Source: Bugula neritina
Lineage: Eukaryota > Animalia > Bryozoa
Assembly (NCBI GenBank): GCA_964035545.1
Contig: OZ037768.1
Span: 23,097,319 to 23,161,318, forward strand
Direction of reading: 5' to 3'
Length of the DNA stretch: 64,000 bases
The notes below the pieces were generated by a model. That model did no database searches. It saw only the letters and a program-made list of their open reading frames with translations, and was not told the DNA's origin. The number at the start of each line of letters is the position of its first letter. The first letter of the stretch is position 1. Position numbers and translations under genes: made by a program. Shown here piece by piece: positions 35,101-46,486 of this stretch.

Positions 35101-35764
35101 AGAACTTGGAATATTTAGTTCAAGCCAAGCTGTCAAAGTAGCTGATTCATGTTAACAACGCTATTAATCGGCCAACCCCCTAGTTGAAGCGAAGCTACTA
35201 CAAAGAATAAACTAAGCTTATAAGTGAATGCCTTGCTTAATTCACTTGAGTTTAATGCAGTTTCTCTTTAGCTGGTCCCAATCAATATTTCAGCATTATT
35301 AGATAAATTCTTACAGTTATACCCACAGGCCACCATTATGAGTTTATTTCTGTACCAGCTCAAATAGCAATCAATTAAACAGTATGTTTATACATCGCGT
35401 TTCACTTGCTGATATCAGCTTGTTTGGATTAACCAGTGATTAGTTATACCCAAAGTATTTAAACCCTTTCTAGTTTGAACCCAGCTTATATAAATTACTA
35501 ATTTTAAAAGCCATGGTCCTTTAGCTGTTTTCTCAATTCATAAATTAGTTGATTGGTATATGACTTTGTCCTGCCAACAAAATCAAAAAATATTTAAATA
35601 GCTATGTACTTTGTACCCTGAATTGTTTTGATGCCAAAACAGTATCATGTCCAATTATAATTTATCGGTCAAGTCTTACACATGTCTTGAAGCTTTGAGC
35701 TCTGAGTACATGCATCTAGAAAAATCCTCAACATAAAATTTGTTCACTTATATGATAATTTACT

Positions 35765-35784
35765 AGAATATTCCTGAATATTCC
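35765..35784. promoter_or_regulatory. Perfect four-pentamer heat shock element
   Basis: aGAAt aTTCc tGAAt aTTCc, in the intergenic region between the divergently oriented polyubiquitin and Hv1 genes. Confidence 0.5.
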
Positions 35785-36710
35785 GTTACAAATATCACGT
35801 CATGGTGACATGGTTATAAGAAGATATTGAGTGAGTCATGAAAACATTGTATTGCATCACAGCATGTTCGGCAATATCTAATATCACAAATATTATCACT
35901 TTGAGTGCCTGATCCCTTCTGAACTCTTGTTACCTTCAGACACTTAAAAATATTTATCACATTATCTGTACCAATCACGTGATGACTGAAAACTAAAAAC
36001 AAAGCTTCAACTCAATGTCAACTATCATCACTTCCCAATATGGGAGATCACTTTGTTACAGATATATAGGCAGATGTTTGATGTAGCTGCTCACACAAAA
36101 CATATGTGCTATCTTATATCTTAATCTGTGTTCAATATTCTTCAGTGGTCACTAAAACAGCACTGATAACCCCCCCCCCCCCCCCCAGTTAAGAGGTATA
36201 CATTAAATAAAAAATAAGGCAATGCTAGAATAGTGTATATTAGGAAGCAGATGGTAAAGTTACGAGATAAAACCCTGGAATTCTCTGGAACATTTAGTCA
36301 CCCTTCCTTACTATCAGCTAATCATGTTACCCAGCAACTATCAGTCTGAATTTAGGTATGTATTGTATAAACATAACAGCCTAGATGTCAATACAGGGAG
36401 ACCTTATAACAATCTCTATAGTACAGCTAGTGTAAATAGTGATTACTGGGGTTATAGCAGTATAGCTAGTGTTTACAAAACATGGTGCATACAGAGTGAA
36501 GGTTTAATATATTCCACTACAAGTACTTATAGAATGAGTTAGGTATTTGTATTCATCAATATTATAGGACAGGTAAAAGTTACTGGAAAAGAAGTAGCCA
36601 TGCTTTGAGATGTAACATCATTATGATAGCTTCAATAACTTTAAACCTCAACTTATTAATCTATTTATAACTGGAAGGGTAATTTAGCTGAAGAATAGTT
36701 CACAACTGTA

Positions 36711-36820
36711 AGCTCCAGTAGACACATGAGTTTATATCATTGCAACTGTGGGCCACTATATTGCATCGCTTTATCCCATTGAGGGGACAAATCCCAAAAC
36801 AGTTTTTGTACACTGATTAA
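36711..36820 (+). mobile_element. Decayed second copy of the hammerhead-bearing repeat
   Basis: AGTAGACACATGAGTTT...TGTGGGCCA...TTGAGGGGACAAATCCCAAAACAG aligns with 16531-16640; the catalytic core is mutated. Confidence 0.65.
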
Positions 36821-38771
36821 GTTGCATAGTATATAATAATGTAAATTTAGAATAAACAAATGGAACAAATAGAAATAAAAGTTACAAGACATTATTTCAA
36901 ACATTATATAACTGTAAATATTTCTTTGAAGTTGTTAAAAGTGGTTCTATTGGTGTATTATATGTATTATGGACACATGACACAATGATGGTATGGCGTC
37001 ACCAGTAAAATAATAAAGTTGCTTGCTCATGCTTCCTACAATTTTAGAATGCGAACACTTTTCAGTAATAATATTTTAAATGTTAGTGAAACGTATTTTC
37101 AATCAATAGTTTAGAATGTTGCACACTGATACTTATGATACATCAATAAACTTACGCCGTATTAGCGTCAAGTAAAAATAAAAAGTGGCACTTCAACATC
37201 ATTATAAACATGTGAAAGAATATGAATATTATCTCAAAATTTGGAAACTCTAAAGAGTTTTTGCATCCCGATCTTTTGTCAACAGTGTTCCAGAAATCGA
37301 ATTATTTTTCGAAAGAGCTCCTTGCTCTCTACAAAGCCTAGCGCTGGAAGACTGTTTCCCTTTTAATATTTCGGAATATTTTATTACAATATAACGAATG
37401 GAAGCCTTCTCGCCTATTATCGTAGACGTTGTAATAACAACAAACTCCCACCCCTGAATTTTCTTCCCAAAAACAAAATAATAAATATAATACTGACAGT
37501 GTATTAAAATAACTACTAAATAATCTACTAAACCCCCTTTTTAAACTGTTGTGTAACTTTTGAAATTGGCTGTGGTGCGAAAAACTTGAAAAAATTGAGC
37601 TTTTTATCGCTCTAAAGCACGTCAATGTTTTATTGTGTCTAAACTCTAAAGTAATTACTATTAGTATTAGTATTAGTATTGGTATTACTATGTCTATTAG
37701 TATTACTATTACTATTACTATTAGTAACTACTAAAATTTTTGAGTAAAATAGTAATAATAATACTTATAGTTATACTAATAGTAATAGTAATATTTGGCA
37801 TCATTATGATAGTCATATGATTACATGAGTATGATTATATTTGAATTTATTATTAATAATAATATTGAATTTGATAATTAGTATAAAATTGAGTATTACT
37901 ATTACTGTAATAGCCATACATCTATATTAGTATTAGTATTACTATAATTAGCAATTATTTTTATCAATTCAATATTGATTTATTATACTTATACTGCTAG
38001 TTATAGTAAATAAATAATATGAACACTTATACAGTCTCACTCAAAGTCTTAGATTTAGTGTTGCACTTACTGGTACTGTTATTCTAACTACGTCATGCTT
38101 ATAGTTATGCTAATGCTGTAAAATTGTAACGTTGAAGAGACAAAGTAAAAGTGAAAGTAAGTCTAAAAGTTGAGTAACTGTAAGAGTAAGTTTATACTAA
38201 TACTTTAAGTAAAAGTTTATAGATATTACGTCTATAGTTACTGTTGATCATAATCATTATTAACACATCAACTGTTAACAATAGCGTCATAGTAATGTTA
38301 TTGTTAACAATAACATTAAACATCACAACAAGTCAAGTCAATGGTTAACCTATCAAGTCAAGGTGATAGTTGAGACAAAAAGTTTTAACTCAAGTTTAAA
38401 TTAAATTAGTCAATGACTTGAGTTTTATCACTATAAATTGAGTTGCAAGTTTTTGATCAAGTTTGTATATACATAAAACACGTAACGTACGAAAATGTAC
38501 ATATTATGTGCACACACATACAGACATTATATATGCATAAATGATAAATAAATACGTACAAATGAATAATTATATTTTCGGTGTTTCGTTTCCTGTATAA
38601 ATTTTGCATAACCATGGCAGGTGGTGCTGAATAGCAGCTCAAACTTTTTGTTATAGAATAGGCAGCATTTGACCCCCCCCCCTCGTACATGTAGGTGTTT
38701 GCCTGTAGAACTGAGGCTAGATTTTTATTTTTCAGGGATTGACTCATATTGGCACGCCAAGACAGGTGACT

Positions 38772-39921
38772 ATGAAAAGCAGCGTAGCATTCCGGAAGAG
38801 TGTGTCAGATGACACGGAGCGAGTGGTGGAAAAGTCTGATACTAACAGCTCAATAGTATCTGATGATATCACGAAGCCGCCACAGACTGTTAGAGAGTAT
38901 GTGGCTCACGCCATTCACTCTCGCAAGTTCCAGATTGTAGTTATCTGTTTGGTTGTACTAGACTGTATGCTGGTTATCTCTGAGTTGCTCATCGACTTGA
39001 AGGCATTCGAACAGGAAGCTGAAGTTGGGCACAGTCTCTCCGAGTCCTCCACCTCGAGTCACACTCTAGTAACAAATGACGAGCCCAGTGCTGGCGATGA
39101 CGTCAAGCAAGCCCTTGAGGCGGCTGAGCAGCGGAAAGCAGCCACGATTTTAGCGGCCGAAGTGCTGCACTACTGCAGTATCGTCATACTTAGCATATTC
39201 TTGCTAGAAATATGCGCCAAACTCTTTGCAATGGGAAAAGAATTCTTCTATCACAAAATGGAGATTATTGATGCTGTGATTGTAATTATATCATTTGCTC
39301 TTGACATTGCTTTCATAGATGCAGAAGGCCTGGCGTCTGCGTTTGGCCTGCTTGTGCTTCTGCGGTTGTGGCGAATTGGAAGAGTTGTCAATGGTTTGTA
39401 GCCGTTTATCTTCGCTATTGTCTCCCCATTCTCCATACAATACTGACAGAAAAAATGGACAATATGCATTAGTTACTGTTACTTTGTAAAAAAGTTTTAA
39501 AAAAATATTTTCATTGATGTAATGATTTAATAATATGTGATTCAGTCACAAGACTTTCTTGTCAGTTTTGATACATTTTTCTTGTTTTTTGCAATAATCA
39601 TAAATAATGTTTCACTTATTGAATTGTGTCTGTTTTTTAGGAATTGTCCTCTCTATGAATACTAAAGCCGAAAAGAAAATAGCCAAGGAAAAGGGATTGA
39701 GGGAAGCAGCAGAGGCTGAGCTAGTTAAATACAGAGAGTATTGCAGTGCTCAGGAGAGAGAGATAGAGGCACTTCAGTTGCTGCTCACTCAGCATGATAT
39801 TAAGTTTACTAAGATGGCCAAACCCATGCCCCCAGTCAGTACCATCAACGTAGTGGCCGAGGTTAACCAGTATATAGAAGCAATTCGAGTTGCTGACTCT
39901 ACTGATGACTCAACTACTTAA
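38772..39921 (+). CDS. HVCN1: Voltage-gated proton channel Hv1 (~300 aa), 2 coding exons
   Basis: Exons 38772-39393 and 39641-39921 join in phase 1 (903 nt). S1 VICLVVLDCMLVISELLID carries the selectivity Asp, S2 LHYCSIVILSIFLLEI, S3 MEIIDAVIVIISFALDI, S4 LRLWRIGRVVNG (RxWRxxR), then a C-terminal coiled coil. No pore domain. Confidence 0.93.
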
Positions 39922-39939
39922 GCATGATGACTCTGTACC

Positions 39940-40208
39940 TGTCTACAGCTCATTCTATGTCTACAGTTCATTCTATGTCTACAGTTTATTCTATGTCTAC
40001 AGTTCATTCTATGTCTACAGTTCATTCTATACTGTCTACAGTTAATTCTATACTGTCTACAGTTAATTCTATAGCTGACTACAGTTCTCTCTACAGTTCA
40101 TTCTATACTGTCTACAGTTAATTCTATAGCTGACTACAGTTCTCTCTACAGTTCATTCTATACTGTCTACAGTTAATTCTATAGCTGTCTACAGTTCCCT
40201 CTACAGTT
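39940..40208. repeat. 18-21-bp tandem repeat (TCTACAGTTCATTCTATG-like) in the Hv1 3' UTR region
   Basis: Imperfect tandem array starting ~20 bp after the stop codon. Confidence 0.85.
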
Positions 40209-41413
40209 GCCTCATGGCCTCACACGCTCAAACATTTTGTTCACTCTGTGTTGATCATTATAAATACTTTTTGTATTTTCACGCTTGAAAAAGTGTTATC
40301 GATTATATTTATTAACTATCAATGCATAGTTGAGTTCCAATCTTGTGTACTACATTGATAATTGACATTTTTTGTCATTGTATGTTTATTATTTAGTAAA
40401 ATCGTATTTCATCACTTGTATCAAGTCATTGACATTTTACTATGTTGTTTTTTACTTTTTAAATATTTTGTCATCTTTAATCCAGTTTGTGCTGATATTC
40501 TAGAACTAGTCAAATAAATGTTGAAGATAATGTTGAGTTGTGAGGACATTGATGGGAAGGGCGAGTAATTGTAATTTGGTGACAAGGGATTATTTAGAAT
40601 AGATGCTTGCGATAATTAAACTGACTATTAAAATAAAAATCCCTTTTAGACTTGGATTTGGAAATTCTAAGCTTAATGAAAATAAATATTTTTGTCCCCC
40701 ATAGCATGATCATGCAATCATTACAGTTAATTACTCCTAAATAATTGTATGCATTGATAGTGCTGCGTTTTATAAAACGAGTGTGCATGTAGACTACAGT
40801 TGAAATAAAATGGTGAAATAAAACTGTATTGAGCAACATTTTTATTCGACCTAATTAATTGTTATTAATTTAGAGCTGCATGCTGTTACTTGAAAAGCCT
40901 ATACTCTATAGTCTATAGCATAGGCAATTTCCAAGATACGAACACGTTTTGAAATGGAGTTATCATCTCCCAACAAACTTTCCGTTCCTTTTTCTTTACC
41001 ATGTGTGTTTCTACGCGATATAGTTGGTGTTATAACTGTTGTTTATAATTGTTTACTATAAGCTGTAAATCTTTGTTTGTGCATTTTCTCTTTTTGTTTG
41101 CTATTTTTTTTATACAATATAGATTTATTTGACAGTGTTTGTTGTTTCACAAAGTCCTGAATTCTTTAAATGATGGAGTTTTCATCTAATTAGAATTTCA
41201 GAAAATGAATTACATGACACGATAAATTATCGACGCGTAATATTACCACCAATTATGAGTTCATGTGGCTGGCCATTGACAACCAAGCAATCAGCTGGAT
41301 GAAAATTTCATCACTGGGTGGTTGCCTTTAAAACGTTGCAGAATTGTTTTAGCCAGCATAGTATCATTAAATCTGCTTTGGCAAAGAATTGTACCTTCAG
41401 CTTACAAACCTAA

Positions 41414-42469
41414 ATGTCTACTGTGGACTTGGTAAGTTTAATATAAATGAAGTGCGTCCCTTTGGGTAATAAATAATATTAATATTATTAATAATTAAAT
41501 CAAAGTTTAATATTATTAATTATAAAATTGAACTTGCGAATACCAAATCAAAATGAAAGTCAAAGGATATATCCATACTGATGCTGATAGTGATAGTAAT
41601 ACTAATACTAATAGTAGTAGTGTCTAGTCATGGCCTGATACTGATAGTGATACTTTCGTGATTATGATCATGATGTAAGTGATACTGATAGTGCTTGCGA
41701 CTCACGTCTCGCAATTACCATTCTGATTCTCATTCTATTACTATTAGTATTACTATTTCTACTTCTAGTTTCACTGTCAATTTAACTTGCTTTTAGTTTA
41801 AGTTTTGTTCCTAACTTTTTGTCGCATTCAATTTAGTTTAAACTTTGTTGAGTTGCAACTTTACATACTTAGAGTTGGTACCGACTGTTGACTAATCAAA
41901 TCGACTTATCGAGATATAATTGTAAAAAAATTTAATATTGTTTAAATTTCAAGCTATATTTATCATATCTTCATTGTGATGATGTTTGTTATAGCTGTTG
42001 ATTAGAAATTCGAACTGAGAATGTGAATTAATTCATGTTTTCATTTGAGCTAGTTTCTAAAATATGTTATTATAAGCTTTAAAATTGTCATGAAAACCCG
42101 AGAAAAAACAATAAACAGTTTTTATATATACAAACTTATAGTGGATCAATTCAAATTAAAATTGCGCGAATACATTACTGGTTCAAGTCTTTTAATTGAT
42201 GCAGTTATTTAAATCGTTACCAGTAATGTTCCCAATGGCATAAACTTTTTAGTTTATAATCCAATTTGAAAGGTTTTCTTGTAAAATTATTAAGAAAATA
42301 ACATTAACTCTAACTGTAACTGGCTAAACACTCTTGGAAGTTAATTAAATGTTCCCTGTGTTGTTTGTAGGATCTAAACTGCTTTTGCTTCTCAGCACAT
42401 ATGTTCGTTGGACGATTCGGAAGCAGCGACTTCTGCCTAGCGCAACACGCCTCCTGCTGCTGCTGCTAG
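41414..42469 (+). CDS. Spliced upstream ORF (38 aa) in the PRL 5' leader
   Basis: ATG at 41414, donor TTG|GTAAGT after 41431, acceptor TTTGTAG|GAT at 42371, TAG at 42467-42469. Peptide MSTVDLDLNCFCFSAHMFVGRFGSSDFCLAQHASCCCC. Confidence 0.65.
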
Positions 42470-42735
42470 CGACCTAATCACTTGGCCGACTGAATTTCGT
42501 AGAAAGTTGTTCTTTCTTGTTGTTTATGTAACGAGGTTTCCACATTATCCCTCGACTTCCACAGATGGGTTAATTAGTCTACAGCATAAAAATTTAGTGC
42601 AATACAAAATTTACTAACATAAATTGATCTTCCAAAATTGTAAACTCAGCCGAGCTGGTGGTTATTGCTTGGTAGTGGTAAATAGCAAATGTACAAATGT
42701 TTGACAAAAAACTAAGCACAAAGAAGGCATTCAAC

Positions 42736-45700
42736 ATGGCCGCCACTGCTCCTCGTCTCACCGTCAATGGTAGCGACGGTGGAGTGTCCGAGATAAAGTT
42801 CAAGCAGATGAAGTTCCTCATTACTGACAGACCAACTGAGGCCACTCTCGACCGCTACATCGAGGTAGTTGTTAATATCACTGCTGTTTTTTTAAAACTA
42901 AAAAACTGATGCATCTAGTGCAAGCAACTGTTAGGTTAGTTTTTCAGGGGGTTGTTATTTTCCTTTTATTTTGTCTGCAGCCTGGCAGATATGTGATTCA
43001 TGCTTATCTCTGTGAGTTGTTTTGATTAGAAAACCTCAACAGCTACTGTAACAGTTTTACTTAGCCTGTAGCTGCCTTGTCTATACTCTAGGAGGCTGTA
43101 GCATTCTATAGTGTTGTCTGATTGTAGGAGCTAAACAAGAACAATGTAAAAGAAGTGGTTCGAGTCTGTAAACCAACTTATGACGCCCACAAACTGTCGG
43201 ATGTCGGCATTCAAGTCATCGTAAGTTATCAAGTTGGGCGGCATCGACCATATCTTATCTGGCAGTCATTTTTGGCATTCATTAAATTCCAATGGAATAC
43301 CTCCTGGTGCTCCATAGTGCTTTGTACATACACTTATCTATCTTGTACCCCCCCCCCCCCCTGATAGGGGGTATAGCACTGTGTGGTATAGCACTGTGTA
43401 GTATAGCACTGTGTAGTATAGCACTGTGTAGTATAGCACTGTGTAGTATAGCACTGTGTAGTATAGCACTGTGTAGTATAGCACTGTGTAGTATAGCACT
43501 GTGTAGTATAGCACTGTATAGTATAGCACTGTGTAGTATAGCACTGTGTAGTATAGCACTGTATGGTATAGCACTTCGTAGTATAGCACTGAAGAGTGAA
43601 TCATCAAAGCTGTTGTCACTCACACCATATCCTGTTCTCCTTTCTATGCAATCAACTGTTTACACAAGTTTGTATGTCTTTTGTATAACAAACAACTCTC
43701 TGGCTTTATGGTCATTGTCTACTTGCCTACTGCAGTGTGTGTTTACCTGCTTACTGCAGTGTGTGTCTACCTGCGGGGTGTATATTTACCTGCTGTCTAT
43801 GTTACAGGACTGGTCCTATGCCGACGGACAGTCTCCACCTGTAGATGTTCTCAACAAGTGGCTGAACCTGGTGAAGGCCAGATACCAGAAGAGCTCTGAC
43901 AGCTGCATTGCTGTCCACTGCGTGGCAGGTTTAGGCAGGTGAGTTGAGCGCTGCTGGGTGCTGACTCTGTAGACTGCTGACTCTGTAGACTGCTGACTCT
44001 GTGTAGACTGCTGACTCTGTAGACTGCTGACTCTGTAGACTGGTGACTCTGTGTAGACTGCTGACTCTGTGTAGACTGCTGACTCTGTAGACTGCTGACT
44101 CTGTGTAGACTGCTGACTCTGTAGACTGCTGACTCTGTAGACTGGTGACTCTGTGTAGACTGCTGACTCTGTGTAGACTGCTGACTCTGTAGACTGCTGA
44201 CTCTGTAGACTGCTGACTCTGTGTAGACTGCTGACTCTGTGTAGACTGCTGACTCTGTAGACTGCTGACTCTGTGTAGACTGCTGACTCTGTGTAGACTG
44301 CTGACTCTGTGTAGACTGCTGACTCTGTGTAGACTGCTGACTCTGTAGACTGCTGACTCTGTGTAGACTGCTGACTCTGTGTAGACTGCTGACTCTGTAG
44401 ACTGCTGACTCTGTGTAGACTGCTGACTCTGTGTAGACTGGGGCAGCAGTTGCTCACTTGAGTAGTTGAGTAGTATATAATGCCTGCCAGCTCATTGTCT
44501 GGCTGCTATTAATGCATCAATCAATAAGTATATTACCATCCTAGCTGTCAATAGATGAACTTGCTCATGATATGTATTCAGTATTGTGGTTGCTAGACTC
44601 TGTTATACACTCTTAACTCCACAGCCTACTGCCTCGTGGCATAGCATACGTGACCCTCACTTGTGTGGGATAAGAAGGTCGTTAGCCTCCTTAGCTGGCA
44701 CATGCCCTGTCTTTATTAGCCAGCCATTGCACCATCACCCTGTGTCCAGTAGTATAACTAACTGTATAGTATAACTAACTGTATAGTATAACTAACTGTA
44801 TAGTATAACTAACTGTAGAGTATAACTAACTGTATAGTATAACTAACTGTATAGTATAACTAACTGTAGAGTGTAACTAACTGTATAGTATAACTAGCTG
44901 TAGAGTATAACTAACTGTATAGTATAACTAACTGTAGAGTATAACTAGCTGTATAGTATAACTAACTGTAGAGTACAACTAGCTACTGTTGCAGGGCCCC
45001 AGTGCTGGTAGCCATTGCCCTCATGGAGCTGGGGATGAAGTACGAAGACGCAGTGTCTCTCATCAGAACGTAAGCTGACCCTCTATTCACCCCTTTAGAC
45101 CTCGTAGTTACATGAACATATGTTGATATTCAAGTGGCCACCCACTTGTTTGTTACAATCTGTTCACTGCACTAACATAGCTGCACTAACATAGCTGCAC
45201 TAACATAGTGACTATATTGTTGAGCTGCTGCCTGGTATGCTGTTTCTGTTTATATTACCTGCCCTCCTGAGTGCAGTTCACTTATGTAACGACTTTACTT
45301 ACATTAACAAAATACCCAGTATTATTCACTTAAATACCCACTATTCTTCACTAAAATACCCAGTATTCTTGCTGATGGTGTCGTTTGGGAGTGGAATTTT
45401 ACAAACCTTCAGTCCAGGATGTATTGCATCATAATTGGAAATTACTTGTTTATTGCAGTTTATTGCGCAGTTAGTCTTATCAATACACTCTATAGAGTCA
45501 TCATTGTGAAAACATAAATATTTTTCCTAAATTTGCGTATCAAAAACCTGTTGTGTGTTTAGTCGTAGTTGAAACCAGATTTGCTGTGTGTGTCAAAACC
45601 CAAGCAATGGGAATAATATTGATAGGGTTTAACTTGCAATGCCTTTGTCTGGAGATATTCACTTGTTGTTACCTAGCAACTACTTAACATCTTGTGGTGT

Positions 45701-46486
45701 CGCAGACCTTTTGAAACGTGGATATAAATCAGGTCTCTAGCACGTCTTTCACCACGTGACCTCACTTATCTCAGCATAATGTTTGTTCAGTTACTGGGCT
45801 GTTGCTGGGTGGTTACTGGGCAATGTGGCAAATCTCCCCCAAACTCTCCTTCCTTTCACAGTTGGTGTCTCTCCATCACCTCCATTGTTGTTGATAGCTT
45901 CATATGAATATGCAGACATTCTCAAACTGATTACCATTATTCATGTGTATTAATTGTGTTGATTGATTGAATGTAGTTGATTCATCATAGAAACTATGTA
46001 GGTTGTTGCTAGCCTAGATGAATGTATGCCAATGAATGTACACTAGTATTACATATATACTCCGTAGCTACAAACATTCAATGGCCACGTGCGCTAATCA
46101 AAGAAGTAGGTGCAGTAATGGAGAAATTGAGAAGAGATTAGGAATGTAGCAACAAAGTCGGGTTCTCATAATTATTTCAACCAGCGCCCCAAACTAAAAT
46201 TTATTAAAAATATTAAAGAACTTATGCTATATGCATTTCTCTACTACTGAACCACCACTTTAAAACGCAACTGCTTGGGTTGATACTAGTACAAGTGTTG
46301 ATAAACTGTTGATACTAGCACAAGTGTTGATAAACTGTTGATAATGTGCCGTCTGTTGGTTGTAGAAAGAGAAGAGGTGCCATCAACCAAAACCAGCTAA
46401 ACTTCCTGGAGCACTACCGAGCCAAGTCTAGGCTGACAGACAGCAAGGGCAAGGACAAGGATGCTGCCGTGTGCTCCATCCAGTAG
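42736..46486 (+). CDS. PRL-1: Phosphatase of regenerating liver (PRL / PTP4A family), ~182 aa, 5 coding exons
   Basis: Exons 42736-42864, 43128-43220, 43808-43938, 44995-45069 and 46366-46486 (549 nt). Motifs: MKFLITDRP, VVRVC, active site HCVAGLGRAP, KRRGAIN, and C-terminal CaaX box CSIQ. An alternative in-frame ATG lies at 42697. Confidence 0.95.
43370..43590. repeat. 15-bp minisatellite (GTATAGCACTGTGTA)n
   Basis: About 15 copies in a PRL intron. Confidence 0.95.
43958..44440. repeat. 16/18-bp minisatellite (CTGCTGACTCTGT[GT]AGA)n
   Basis: About 28 copies of two length variants in a PRL intron. Confidence 0.95.
44750..44985. repeat. 17-bp minisatellite (TAGTATAACTAACTGTA)n
   Basis: About 13 copies ending at the acceptor of PRL exon 4. 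Confidence 0.9.

Noticed and set aside
32300-37600. Possible hidden gene between polyubiquitin and Hv1
   Set aside because: Only short ORFs without motifs, and no consistent splice chain found by eye.
43958-44440. Regular repeat arrays as possible CRISPR
   Set aside because: Units are contiguous with no unique spacers, there are no cas genes, and the context is a eukaryotic intron.
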